Positions 49,847-58,847 are shown, counted from the first letter of the stretch. The stretch is 64,000 nucleotides of DNA from Candidatus Dormibacter sp. (GCA_039935655.1 JBDTJX010000093.1:4537-68536); one strand, 5' to 3'. Numbers and translations are program-made. Notes: a model not told the origin generated them from the letters alone.

Positions 49847-50829
49847 GCTTTGGCCGTGTTCGACTGCGCCCCAGCAGCCGCCGACCCCTTGTCTTGATGG
49901 TCGTGCTGGCGCTGGTCCTGATGTCCGCGAGCGCGGCACCTCTGCACGAGACGGCGCGCACCACCCCGGTGTCAGATCTGCCGGATGTCACGAGCGTGCC
50001 CAACTCTGCCGCGGAGCTGCCGTCGGTGAGCACGGTCCCGAGCGTTGTCACCGTCGCGACGCCGGGCGGCACGCTCACCATCCCCATCCTGATGTACCAC
50101 TATGTGCTCGATGTCTCGCCGGGCTCGCGCGACGTCCTCCTTTTCAACCTGTCGACGTCGCGGGCGTTGTTCGCTCGACAGATGGCTCTCCTACACGCTG
50201 AAGGAGCGACGCCGATCAGCCCGGCAATGCTGATGCAGGCCCTGGCCGCCAAGCGCGCTCTGCCGCCACACCCAGTGCTGCTGACGTTCGACGATGGCTA
50301 CACGGACTTTGCCACCGCCGCTGCGCCGGTGCTGCTCAGGTACGGCTTCGCCGCCACCGACTACGTGGTCAGCGGCTTGATCGGCCACCCCGGTTACATG
50401 ACCGCAGCGCAGGTGAAGCGGATGGACGCGGAGGGACTGGTGATCGGCTCACACACAGTGCACCACGTCGACCTGGCCGCGGTTGCGCCCGCCGTGGCGC
50501 TCGCGGAGATCTACGGCGGCAAGGCGGCGCTCGAGCAGCTGCTCGGCCACACCGTCCTCGATTTCGCCTACCCGTACGGGGGGTTCAACGCCGCCGTGGT
50601 ACAACTGGTGCGCGCTGCCGGCTTCCGCGACGCGGTGACCACGATGGGCGGCGACACGCAGACGCTCGCCGGCGCGTTCGTGTTGCACCGCACCCACATC
50701 GGTGGTGCGATGAGCCTGGCGACGTTCGCTGCCCTCGCCGGTATTCCGCCGCCCACCGCAGCCCAGCTTGTGGCGATCGGTCGTTCGACGCCCGCTCAGT
50801 TGGCCTGGCTGGCTCGCCTCGCCAACTGA
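49843..50829 (+). CDS. polysaccharide deacetylase (NodB-domain) with N-terminal signal/TM
   Basis: TFDDGY motif 1 and an HTVHH motif; signal-anchor LVLMVVLALVLMSASA. Confidence 0.8.
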   Translation: MSFGRVRLRPSSRRPLVLMVVLALVLMSASAAPLHETARTTPVSDLPDVTSVPNSAAELPSVSTVPSVVTVATPGGTLTIPILMYHYVLDVSPGSRDVLLFNLSTSRALFARQMALLHAEGATPISPAMLMQALAAKRALPPHPVLLTFDDGYTDFATAAAPVLLRYGFAATDYVVSGLIGHPGYMTAAQVKRMDAEGLVIGSHTVHHVDLAAVAPAVALAEIYGGKAALEQLLGHTVLDFAYPYGGFNAAVVQLVRAAGFRDAVTTMGGDTQTLAGAFVLHRTHIGGAMSLATFAALAGIPPPTAAQLVAIGRSTPAQLAWLARLAN

Positions 50830-50983
50830 GAGTCAGCTGGGTCGAACGGGGCGCGGAGTGCCCGGGTCGTACCCTGCGCACGTGAGCACCGGCAGTCCCG
50901 GGTAGCGCGGGAAAGCCGGTTCGGACTCGGCGCGTGCGCACATCCAGAATTGCGAGCGAGCGCCGCGCACCGTGCGGGCATGC

Positions 50984-51802
50984 TCACAGGTTGCGCAGAG
51001 ACCGGGCTTTGCTTGCAACACTGCTGTGGGCTCGACGCACGGCCGGGCGGGAGGTACTGGCAACCTGGCGCGGAAGCCGGCGGAGGGCCGCGCAGCTGGG
51101 ACGAATGCCGGCCTGCTGGAATCGTTCGATCGGCCAGCCGCGCTGCGCCGCCGCGGCCGCCAACGCTCGATCCGGGTTGACGCAGACGGGGTTGCCGACC
51201 TCGGTGAGCATCGCCAGGTCGCTCACGAAGCTGTCGCCGTAGGCATACGACACGGTGAGGTCGACGTCGTTGGCCACGGCGAGGTCGCGCACCGCCGCCG
51301 CCTTGGCTTCGCCGTGGCAGAAACGGATGATCCGACCGGTGTAGCGACCGTTGTGCAGTTCCGCATCGGTGGCCGCGACGCCGTCGACGCCGAGGAGACT
51401 TCCCAGCACGCTGATGAACTCACGAGGCGAGGACGACACCAGGAACACGAGGTCGCCGCGACTCCTGTGCCACTCGATGAGCGCCACCGCCTCCGCGTAC
51501 ACGCGTGGCAGGACGTAGACCGGGATGGTCCTTTGCCCGAAGCTCTGCAGCCGCCCCGCCTCGATGCCTTCGACGAAGGTGCCCACGCCGCGAACCGCCT
51601 CGCGAATCTGCGTCTCGTCGAAGCCGTAGAGGCTGAAACGTGCCTGTGTCACCAGCGAGTGAAGCATGGCGCGGGTCGGCAGCAGGCCCGCGCGTCGCAT
51701 CGGCCGGGCGACATGGAGCAGCGACGAGCCGCGCAGCAGCGTGCGGTCGACATCGAAGAAAGCGGCCCGACGGCGGGCGGCCGGTGTCTGCTCGTCTACC
51801 AT
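50984..51802 (-). CDS. HAD-IB family hydrolase (SerB-like phosphatase)
   Basis: Start MVDEQTPA at 51802. HAD motif I FFDVDRT, motif II VSSS and motif III/IV YGDSFVSD. Confidence 0.75.
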   Translation of the reverse strand: MVDEQTPAARRRAAFFDVDRTLLRGSSLLHVARPMRRAGLLPTRAMLHSLVTQARFSLYGFDETQIREAVRGVGTFVEGIEAGRLQSFGQRTIPVYVLPRVYAEAVALIEWHRSRGDLVFLVSSSPREFISVLGSLLGVDGVAATDAELHNGRYTGRIIRFCHGEAKAAAVRDLAVANDVDLTVSYAYGDSFVSDLAMLTEVGNPVCVNPDRALAAAAAQRGWPIERFQQAGIRPSCAALRRLPRQVASTSRPAVRRAHSSVASKARSLRNL

Positions 51803-51809
51803 GCGCGGG

Positions 51810-52730
51810 ATGTCAAGGGTTGCGAGCCGCGGTGCGGTCTCCACGCCGTCCAGTCTACGGGCCACCGGCGAAGATCTGCTGTCCGCTGCGGAGAAACGGA
51901 TCTCCAAGTCACGCAATATCGAGCACTGGCAACCAGGCTTGGCGCGATGGGACGCCGAGGTGCTGCTTGCCCACGTGCTCGACGTCGAGCCCGACGATGA
52001 TCTGCTGTCCGAGTACGAGGTCAGCAAGTCACAGTGGCGTCAGTTCACCGCTTTCGTCGAGCGCAGGCTGACGGGCGAGCCGGTCAACTACATCACCGGT
52101 CATTTCACATTCTGTGGGCTGAGACTGATGGTGCGGCCAGGCGTTTTCTCGCCACGAACCTCGAGCGAGCTGACCGTCGACCACGCTGTGCGACGGCTGC
52201 GACGGCGACGCGGCCGGCGGGTAGCGGTCGACGTCGCCACAGGGTCGGGCGCGATGGCGCTGGCGATCGGAACCCAGGTGCGCGGCAGCGAGGTGTGGGG
52301 CGTGGACATCTCGCCGAAGGCGGTGAAGCTCGGCAGGGCCAACGCACGACAACTTGGTCTTGACAATGTGTCGTTCGCGGTCAGCGACATGCTGATCGGG
52401 CTGCCGTCGACCCTGCGCGGAGAGGTGGACGTGCTCACCATCCACCCGCCCTACGTGGCTCGCGATGAGGTGCGCAGTCTTCCCGTCGAAATCCGCAAGT
52501 TCGAGCCACGCAGCACGCTGACCGACGGTTCTGAGGATGGCCTCGGCCTGGTGCGCCGCCTCGCCGAGGATGCACCGTCGTGGCTGCGGCCGGGAGGGTA
52601 TGTGCTCGTCGAGATCGCTCCGTACCTGGCTCGGGCGACGGCCACCGTCCTGCGCAAGGCCGGGCTGAAGGAGGTGCGATCGAACCGCGACAGCCTCGGT
52701 ATCACGCGCGTGGTCGCCGCACGGACGTGA
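51810..52730 (+). CDS. HemK/PrmC-family protein-(glutamine-N5) methyltransferase-like, variant HPPY motif
   Basis: SAM motif VDVATGSGAMA, an IHPPY motif in place of NPPY, and HemK C-terminal FEPRSTLTDGSEDGL. The start is approximate. Confidence 0.65.
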   Translation: MSRVASRGAVSTPSSLRATGEDLLSAAEKRISKSRNIEHWQPGLARWDAEVLLAHVLDVEPDDDLLSEYEVSKSQWRQFTAFVERRLTGEPVNYITGHFTFCGLRLMVRPGVFSPRTSSELTVDHAVRRLRRRRGRRVAVDVATGSGAMALAIGTQVRGSEVWGVDISPKAVKLGRANARQLGLDNVSFAVSDMLIGLPSTLRGEVDVLTIHPPYVARDEVRSLPVEIRKFEPRSTLTDGSEDGLGLVRRLAEDAPSWLRPGGYVLVEIAPYLARATATVLRKAGLKEVRSNRDSLGITRVVAART

Positions 52731-53782
52731 GCGTGCAGACATGGACGGTCGGAGCGCCCTGGCATCGACCGTTGCGGGGCAGCGTCGACGAACTGGTCAT
52801 CGAGAGCGAGGCGCTGCGCGGCAACCCGCTGGCTGATCCCACGACGCGGCCCCTGCTGGTGTACACGCCGCCGACGGTGGACGCTGCGGTAGCGCGACTA
52901 CCGGCGATCTACCTGATCCAGGGGTTCACCGGGCAGGTCGACATGTGGCGCAACCGCAGCGCTTTCCGGCCCAACGTCATCGAGCTCATCGACGAACTCT
53001 TCAGCGATCCGTCTGTGCCGCCGTGCCTGGTGGTGATGGTCGATTGCTGGACGTCGCTGGGGGGAAGCCAGTTCGTCGACTCCCCGGGAACGGGCCGCTA
53101 CCACACCTACCTGTGCGACGAGGTGGTGAGCTTCGTGGATGCGCGGTTTCCCACGCTCGCTGACCCGGCCCATCGCGCCATCACAGGCAAGTCCAGCGGT
53201 GGCTACGGCGCCATGATCACGCCGATGCTGCGCCCCGACGTGTTCGGCGCGCTGGCGACGCACGCGGGCGACGCGCTCTTCGAGCTGTGCTACTGGAAGG
53301 ATGTCCCTGACGTGGTTCGCGCGCTCCGCGACGAGTACGACGGCTCCTACGAGCGCTTCCTCGCCGACATCCGCACCCGTCCGATGATGTCGCGACCAAC
53401 CGACGGCGTCCTCATCAACATGTGGGCGATGGCCGCGGCGTACTCGACCGACGAGGACGGTGCTGTCCGCCTGCCGTTCGACGTGCGCAGCGGGCGCATG
53501 ATCCCCGAGGTGTGGGAACGGTGGCTGGCCTGCGACCCGGTGCGCATGGTGCCCGGCCACGCCGACGCGCTTCGCTCTCTGCACGCCATCTACATCGACG
53601 GCGGCACCCGCGACGAGTGGTTCCTCGAGCTCGGGGCTGTGGCCTTCCGCGACGCTCTCACCGCCGCTGGAATCACCGATGTGCACTTCGAGCTGTTCGG
53701 TGCGGGACACATGGGCATCGAATATCGCTACCCGATCGCGATGCGCTACCTGGCCGAGCGCATCACTGCGACCGGCCACTGA
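52727..53782 (+). CDS. esterase-family serine hydrolase (putative esterase/enterochelin-esterase-like)
   Basis: The GTG at 52727 overlaps the preceding stop as GTGA. Nucleophile elbow GKSSGGYGA; 351 aa. Confidence 0.75.
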   Translation: MSVQTWTVGAPWHRPLRGSVDELVIESEALRGNPLADPTTRPLLVYTPPTVDAAVARLPAIYLIQGFTGQVDMWRNRSAFRPNVIELIDELFSDPSVPPCLVVMVDCWTSLGGSQFVDSPGTGRYHTYLCDEVVSFVDARFPTLADPAHRAITGKSSGGYGAMITPMLRPDVFGALATHAGDALFELCYWKDVPDVVRALRDEYDGSYERFLADIRTRPMMSRPTDGVLINMWAMAAAYSTDEDGAVRLPFDVRSGRMIPEVWERWLACDPVRMVPGHADALRSLHAIYIDGGTRDEWFLELGAVAFRDALTAAGITDVHFELFGAGHMGIEYRYPIAMRYLAERITATGH

Positions 53783-53802
53783 GCCTCAGGGCACGAAGCG
53801 CT

Positions 53803-54234
53803 TCAGCGGCGGTCGGAGCCCGCGCCGACCGGTGCGGGCTCGTCGGCCCGGGGCTCGGGTGACGGGCGGCGCGGCTCCGGGACCACCATGCGTGCCGCCG
53901 TGAGGGGCGATGGCCCCGGCGGCACGGCGGGACCGGGCCGGCGGCGGTCGTCGTCGTCCCCCTCGTTCTCGTCGGAGCTGGCGGCGGTGAGGTAGAAGGC
54001 GGAGAGCGAGCCGAGGAACAGGGAGAGGGTCAGCGCCATCGGCACGGTGAGGAAGAGATCGACCTTGCCCTGCATGCCGATGAAGGCAAGGATCACAAAG
54101 GTGGCGACCACGGTGGTCGCCGGGACCACCCACACCCAGAGGGTGCGGTCGTCGCGTCTGGCCCCGAGCCTGTGTTCGAGGCGGCGCAGCGCCGGCGGCA
54201 GCCAGCCGAAGATGCCGCGCCCGGACGGTTCCAC
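53803..54234 (-). CDS. hypothetical membrane protein with acidic, Pro-rich C-terminal tail
   Basis: 143 aa with two TM helices and no motif. Confidence 0.4.
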   Translation of the reverse strand: MEPSGRGIFGWLPPALRRLEHRLGARRDDRTLWVWVVPATTVVATFVILAFIGMQGKVDLFLTVPMALTLSLFLGSLSAFYLTAASSDENEGDDDDRRRPGPAVPPGPSPLTAARMVVPEPRRPSPEPRADEPAPVGAGSDRR

Positions 54235-54284
54235 GACCGCATCGTACTCCCGAATATCCTGTCGGCTGTGGGAGACGAGGCGCC

Positions 54285-54530
54285 ATGACGCTGGCCGTCA
54301 CCCTCTACGGCGTCGTCGCCCTGACATTCATGATGCTGATGTACGCGCTGGAGGGCCGCGGCCGCGGTTTCGTCCTGGCGTTTGCCTGTGGATGCATCCT
54401 CTCCGCGCTCTATGGATTCCTGTCGGGGGCATGGCCATTCGGTGTCGTTGAGCTCATCTGGAGCGTCATCGCCATGGAGCGCTTTCAGCGCCGAAAGGCG
54501 GTTGTCGGGCCGCCGGCACGGCGGCGGTGA
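54285..54530 (+). CDS. small membrane protein (81 aa)
   Basis: Two to three TM helices and a coding-like GC3. Confidence 0.4.
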   Translation: MTLAVTLYGVVALTFMMLMYALEGRGRGFVLAFACGCILSALYGFLSGAWPFGVVELIWSVIAMERFQRRKAVVGPPARRR

Positions 54531-54731
54531 CCTGATCACCGGGCGCAGACGGGGAGCCCTTCAACCTCGCCGGCAGCGGTGCGTTTGACTTGATCGGGGT
54601 GTGACGGAGTTGAGGTTCGGCTTGCCTGACGCCAGGTGTCGGGATGCCTGGGATGACGGACCGGCGCGTACCTCGATGCGCCCTGTCACCGGGTGCGCTG
54701 AGCGGGTACGGCCGACTCGACCTGACGGAAA

Positions 54732-54763
54732 GGGAGCCGGCCCCGCAGTGGAGGCCGGCTCCC
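54732..54763. terminator. GC-rich hairpin (11-bp stem GGGAGCCGGCC / GGCCGGCTCCC, 10-nt loop)
   Basis: Perfect inverted repeat about 30 nt downstream of the minus-strand beta-helix fragment stop (54795) and about 200 nt downstream of the plus-strand small gene. There is no U-tract, as is common in high-GC taxa. Confidence 0.4.
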
Positions 54764-54794
54764 TCGTCCAAGTAGGTCGGTGCGCGGCAGGTGC

Positions 54795-55512
54795 CTAGTG
54801 GTGGCAGATGCCCGCCGGGCTGGATGTGTCGCCCTTGTTGATGGTCCACGTGTTGGCCGTGCCGGCGGTGCCGCCGTCCTTGCTTTGATCCTCGCAGTCC
54901 CAGACGCCGTTGTCAGACGCCCGGTTCGACCGCAGCGTGTTGGTGACGGCGGTGCTGTCCATCTGGATGCCGTCGACCGCATTGTCATGAGTTTTGTTGC
55001 CGCTGAACCAGCTGTGATCGACGTTGGTGCCGCGGATGCCGTAGTCGAACTTGCTGATGTCGTTGTTGGCGATCGTCATGTTTGTGTTCGGGCCGACCGC
55101 CCCGAAGAAAGGACCGGTGAGGCGGATACCTGAGGCGCCGGTGTTCCCGGGCCCTGATTGGATGTAGTTGTCGGTGACCTCAACGCCGCTGTTCTGACCG
55201 AACAGGTAGATCGCGCTGCTTATCGGGATCGTGCCCACGATGACGTTGCGGTGCACCACCGAGCCTGTCGCCCTGCCGAGCACGAGGAAGGTCGAATCCT
55301 TGTACGAGACGTTGTCGGCGACGGTCAGCCCATGCTGCGAGCCATCGCCCAGGTTGAGCGCCGAGTCGGTGTGCCCGGAGAAGAAGTTGTTGGCGATTGT
55401 GGTGTCGTTGACCGACTGACCCTGGGTGAAGATCGCTGTCCCGGTGTTCGGGGTCGGGAAGCCACCCGCATTGTTGTCGATTTGGTCGAGCGAGACGGCG
55501 ACGACGTTCTGC
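54795..55512 (-). pseudogene. right-handed parallel beta-helix (pectate-lyase-like) repeat protein, 5'-truncated fragment
   Basis: About 239 aa of N/G/T-rich beta-helix repeats (…TIANNFFSGHTD…, …NVIVGTIP…, …TIANNDISKF…). Upstream the frame turns Arg-rich, there is no start or signal peptide, and the region is occupied by the opposing lipoprotein gene. Confidence 0.5.
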
Positions 55513-55529
55513 CGGAGGCGCCGGTGCCG

Positions 55530-56576
55530 ATGAGGCGCGCAGCCGCGATAATGCGCGCGATGGACGCTCCCCGCCCCGCGCTGAGCGGCATCGCCGCGGT
55601 GCTCGCACTGCTGGCCCTCTCCGCATGCGGCAGCAGCTCGGGTGCTGCGACGGCGACAGGGAGTCAGCCGCCCACCGCGGCACCGATACCGCCGGCGACC
55701 ACCCCGCAGGCGGCCGTCTCTATCGTGCAGCAATGGGCGGCCGCGCTGAACCACAACAACCTCACGCTGTTCTACCTGGGGCTGCCTCCCATCGAGGAGG
55801 GACCGGCGCTGGAGATGGACACAGCCAAGGACGACGCGTACGTCGGCGCAGTCGCGAGCATCTCGCCGTTCACGCTCTCGGACATCACCACGGTGGTTCC
55901 TCAGGACGGCACCTACCCGACGAGCTTCCTGGCCGAGACGACTCTTCACACTTCCACCGGTGCCACCAAGTACCTGCTGGTCTTCGCCAAGGACGATGCC
56001 GGCTCCGCGTGGAAGCTTGCCGCCTATCTAAGCCCGGCATCCGGTGCGTCGTTCCCCAGCTTCGCGCTGAACGCGCAGGGATACGGCAAAGCGCTCGACG
56101 CCGCCACTATGCACGGTTACCCTGCCACCGTGCCCGGACTCGCCGCAGCGTACTGCAACTATCTCGGCACCAGCTTCGGGTCGACCAAGCAGGTGCCCAA
56201 TGCTCCCAGCATCACCTTCGCCGCCGGTCCGGACACCAGCACCCTCGTGAACATGGGCACGTTGAGCACCAACACCATCCGCCACGCCGGTGGCACCTCG
56301 GACGGCACGTATGCGCCCGAGACGTACGTCTGGGCGTACAAGCTGGCCGACGGGAGCGCCTTGGCCATCGCCACGGTGCAGACCACCCTCGACCAGACGG
56401 CAGGTCCCAATACCCAGCTCTCCGTGCCGGCGATCTACCCCTTCGTCACCGCGGGTGCGTACTCGACGACCAGGTCGGCCAGTGAGGGCACCTTCGGCAT
56501 CGTCGAGCCGACCTCAGGACCGACGGTGTCGGTCACCATGCAGGACATCCAGTTCACCCACGCCCAGGCTTCGTAA
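55530..56576 (+). CDS. lipoprotein of unknown function
   Basis: Start MRRAAAIMRAMD at 55530, with a signal peptide and lipobox LLALSACG followed by a Pro/Thr-rich linker; 348 aa. The upstream part of the track ORF is antisense junk. Confidence 0.7.
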   Translation: MRRAAAIMRAMDAPRPALSGIAAVLALLALSACGSSSGAATATGSQPPTAAPIPPATTPQAAVSIVQQWAAALNHNNLTLFYLGLPPIEEGPALEMDTAKDDAYVGAVASISPFTLSDITTVVPQDGTYPTSFLAETTLHTSTGATKYLLVFAKDDAGSAWKLAAYLSPASGASFPSFALNAQGYGKALDAATMHGYPATVPGLAAAYCNYLGTSFGSTKQVPNAPSITFAAGPDTSTLVNMGTLSTNTIRHAGGTSDGTYAPETYVWAYKLADGSALAIATVQTTLDQTAGPNTQLSVPAIYPFVTAGAYSTTRSASEGTFGIVEPTSGPTVSVTMQDIQFTHAQAS

Positions 56577-56749
56577 CGCGCCACGGGGCATCTAGTAGTT
56601 GTGTTGACTGGGTCCTCGAGGTGACGATGGAGAAAGAGGCTGGCCGTGTGGCGGTACCTTCTGGTGGCTGAGTCGGACGTGAAGGCAGCCAAGCGGTCGT
56701 GGCCAGCGCTGGTGAAGTTCGGGAGCTGCACGAGAGGGCCGTCCTGCGG

Positions 56750-57295
56750 TCAGCTTGCCAGGTAGCCGGCCAATGGTCGCTGTCCGGACACGAGCTCACA
56801 GAGGTCGTCGTCGCCGAGATGGTCGGGAAAGACAATGAGGTTGGTGGCGTTAGGGTCGGCAGCGCTGGGAACCAGGAGGCCTTTATAGCCGACGTAGAAG
56901 GCCGCTGACCCAATCTCCTGAGAGGCTTGGCGCGGAGTCGTCAACGCGAACGGATCGGGAAGGCCCACCAGGCGCCGGTGCTCCGGCGGGCGGAGATCGA
57001 CGAGGTTATCGACGCGCGTCTTCAGTGGCCACATGACGCGATCAGCGGCAACCTCTACGGGATCGCGGCTCGGCCCGACGCGCGCGCGAAATTCAGCGAC
57101 CACGGTCTCCACTTCCAGCGATGCATACACCGTGCGAAAGCTCTCGGGCGGATTCCAGCGACCGCCCGCGCGTCGCGCGCCCTCGCCGCTGGGCACGCGG
57201 CCCGAGTATTGGGCGGATGTTTCGCGAAAGGCGGGACCATCCCACTGGGCGACCGGAAGTTGATCCAGTCGCTCGTGGATGTCCCTCCGCTCCAC
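56750..57295 (-). CDS. RES-domain toxin (NAD+-targeting RES family)
   Basis: 181 aa with conserved R...E...S positions (GRWNPPESFRTVYASLEVETVVAEF ... GYKGLLVPSAADPNATNLIVF). Confidence 0.85.
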   Translation of the reverse strand: MERRDIHERLDQLPVAQWDGPAFRETSAQYSGRVPSGEGARRAGGRWNPPESFRTVYASLEVETVVAEFRARVGPSRDPVEVAADRVMWPLKTRVDNLVDLRPPEHRRLVGLPDPFALTTPRQASQEIGSAAFYVGYKGLLVPSAADPNATNLIVFPDHLGDDDLCELVSGQRPLAGYLAS

Positions 57296-57300
57296 AGGCG

Positions 57301-57636
57301 TTACACGTAGACGCCTTCTGCCTCGGCTTCCAGCGCGTCGAAGACCCGTCGATAGTCGGTTGGCAGAACGTCGAGTGGGATCGCGTTATCGAGAAAGGGA
57401 TTGGGACTGTGGAGCCATGCCCAAGCTTGTTCTCGGCCCATGTGACGCCGCGCTTGTTTTACGGCCGCCTCGAGGTACAGGAGCAGCTCTTTCTTCTCAG
57501 GCGAGGGAGCGGATTGGCCGCTCTTCCATCGTTCGATTGTTCGCCGCGTGGAGCTGACGAGGCGCGCAACGTCGGCGGGGGTGATTTCTCCGTCGTCGTG
57601 AAGCCGCTGTAGGGTCGTTGCAACCAGACTACTCAT
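57301..57636 (-). CDS. Xre-like/DUF2384 antitoxin of the RES-Xre pair
   Basis: Start MSSLVATTLQRL at 57636 gives 112 aa with a C-terminal DUF2384-like region (AWAWLHSPNPFLDNAIPLDVL). It sits 6 nt upstream of the RES gene. Confidence 0.8.
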   Translation of the reverse strand: MSSLVATTLQRLHDDGEITPADVARLVSSTRRTIERWKSGQSAPSPEKKELLLYLEAAVKQARRHMGREQAWAWLHSPNPFLDNAIPLDVLPTDYRRVFDALEAEAEGVYV

Positions 57637-57652
57637 TTCGCCACCCCAAAGC

Positions 57653-58846
57653 TCACGATGCTGCCCAATTGGCGGATTCCAAAACACGATGGAGCTGGCG
57701 GCGCGCGGAGTGCACGTCGCGCATGCGCTCATTGAGTGTCGCCAAGTCGCTGGCGTCGAGCGCGGACCGGTCGTTCTGGCGCACGCCGCGGATGGCCTCG
57801 TGTAGGTTCTCCGCTTCGGCAAAGAGGGTGTCTGCCTGAGCGACCCGCATGTCGCCAGGGAGGTCGAGCACGCTGCGCACCTGGGCGCAGCGACGGACCA
57901 CGAAATGTGTGACCGGGTGGACGAGTGCGCCATCCATGCGTATGGCGCAGCAAGGGCCGTCGCAGTCCAAGGCTCCTCGCAGGGCCTTGAGCTGGAAGAG
58001 CTTTGTGACGATGTCCTTCTTGACGCTGGCCAGCAGTGGGGCAACGTAGGCTCGAGGAGCCGGCGCGCGAGCTGGGGACTTGCTGGTGGCCCGTAGTCGC
58101 TGAGCCTCGAAGTCGAAAGCCTCGGATCGTCCGAGAGGTCCGGCATCGTAGGACTGCGCACCCATAGCCAGAGCGGCAAGCCCGAGCGCGCCCTGGTTGG
58201 TCAGGTGCACGGCAATGTCAGCTTCGCTGAAGAGGCGGACGAGCCGCAAGACGTTCTCTCCGTCAGTGCTATCCGGAGCGAGTGGGCCAACCGTCAGCAT
58301 GATCCTCCTGACGTTGCGTGTCAGGAGATGATCCAGAAGAGAGCGCGCGGCCTCCGGAGTGGCCAGCGCAGAAGGCGTGCCGAGCAGTCGAGCGGTGGGC
58401 ACCGTGCCGGCCTGATGGGTGGTCTCGTCCAGGAGGCGCAGCGTGGTGCGCCAAGCGTCGTCGCCGAGCGCATCAACGTGGCATCCGGGTGAGACCGTCC
58501 AGATGGTGTCGACCTGAGCGGCGAGGGCGTCGTGCACGATGCCGGCGGCGTTTTCGTGGATCTCGTCGACCGAGTACGCAGTGGAGCGGCCCCGCGGCAG
58601 GGCCGACGAGCCCGGAAGAACCCACTGGTCCACCCGGTAGTCGACGACGAGCTGTCTGCCATGGGCCGCCTGCTCGACGAGGTCGCGGTGTCGTTGAGTC
58701 CAGTGGGCCTCAACGACGAGGACGTCGATGGGGACGGGCGGCCCGCTGCACTCCTCCCCAGTGAGGGCGGCGAGGACGGACTTGTGATCGTTGTATCCGA
58801 CGCGTAGGACAAAGGAGGCATTGCCTCGAAGCTGGAGGATGGCCAT
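57653..58846 (-). CDS. hypothetical 397-aa protein with C-terminal Cys/His cluster, first gene of the RES-Xre operon
   Basis: Clean non-Arg-rich frame with coding-like codon use, ending 17 nt before the antitoxin start. Motif LDCDGPCCAIRMDGALVHPVTHFVVRRC. No domain recognised by eye. Confidence 0.6.
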   Translation of the reverse strand: MAILQLRGNASFVLRVGYNDHKSVLAALTGEECSGPPVPIDVLVVEAHWTQRHRDLVEQAAHGRQLVVDYRVDQWVLPGSSALPRGRSTAYSVDEIHENAAGIVHDALAAQVDTIWTVSPGCHVDALGDDAWRTTLRLLDETTHQAGTVPTARLLGTPSALATPEAARSLLDHLLTRNVRRIMLTVGPLAPDSTDGENVLRLVRLFSEADIAVHLTNQGALGLAALAMGAQSYDAGPLGRSEAFDFEAQRLRATSKSPARAPAPRAYVAPLLASVKKDIVTKLFQLKALRGALDCDGPCCAIRMDGALVHPVTHFVVRRCAQVRSVLDLPGDMRVAQADTLFAEAENLHEAIRGVRQNDRSALDASDLATLNERMRDVHSARRQLHRVLESANWAAS

Positions 58847-58847
58847 G

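Noticed and set aside
50829-50984. Riboswitch or SRP/6S-like ncRNA in the deacetylase-HAD gap
   Set aside because: The region lies at the 3' ends of both flanking genes with no 5'-UTR context, and I could not match any family consensus by eye. It is retained only as a low-interest finding.
55533-55949. N-terminal 140 aa of the 384-aa track ORF (beta-helix frame) and the first 124 aa of the 472-aa plus ORF
   Set aside because: Both are Arg-rich out-of-frame continuations. Only the lipoprotein (from 55530) and the beta-helix fragment (to about 55512) are credible.
56576-56750. Direct repeat of the tRNA-Thr 3' end (attR) at the far islet border
   Set aside because: Only weak partial similarity (TGGCTGAGTCGGACG against TGGAGCCGACGG). 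Not convincing without computation.
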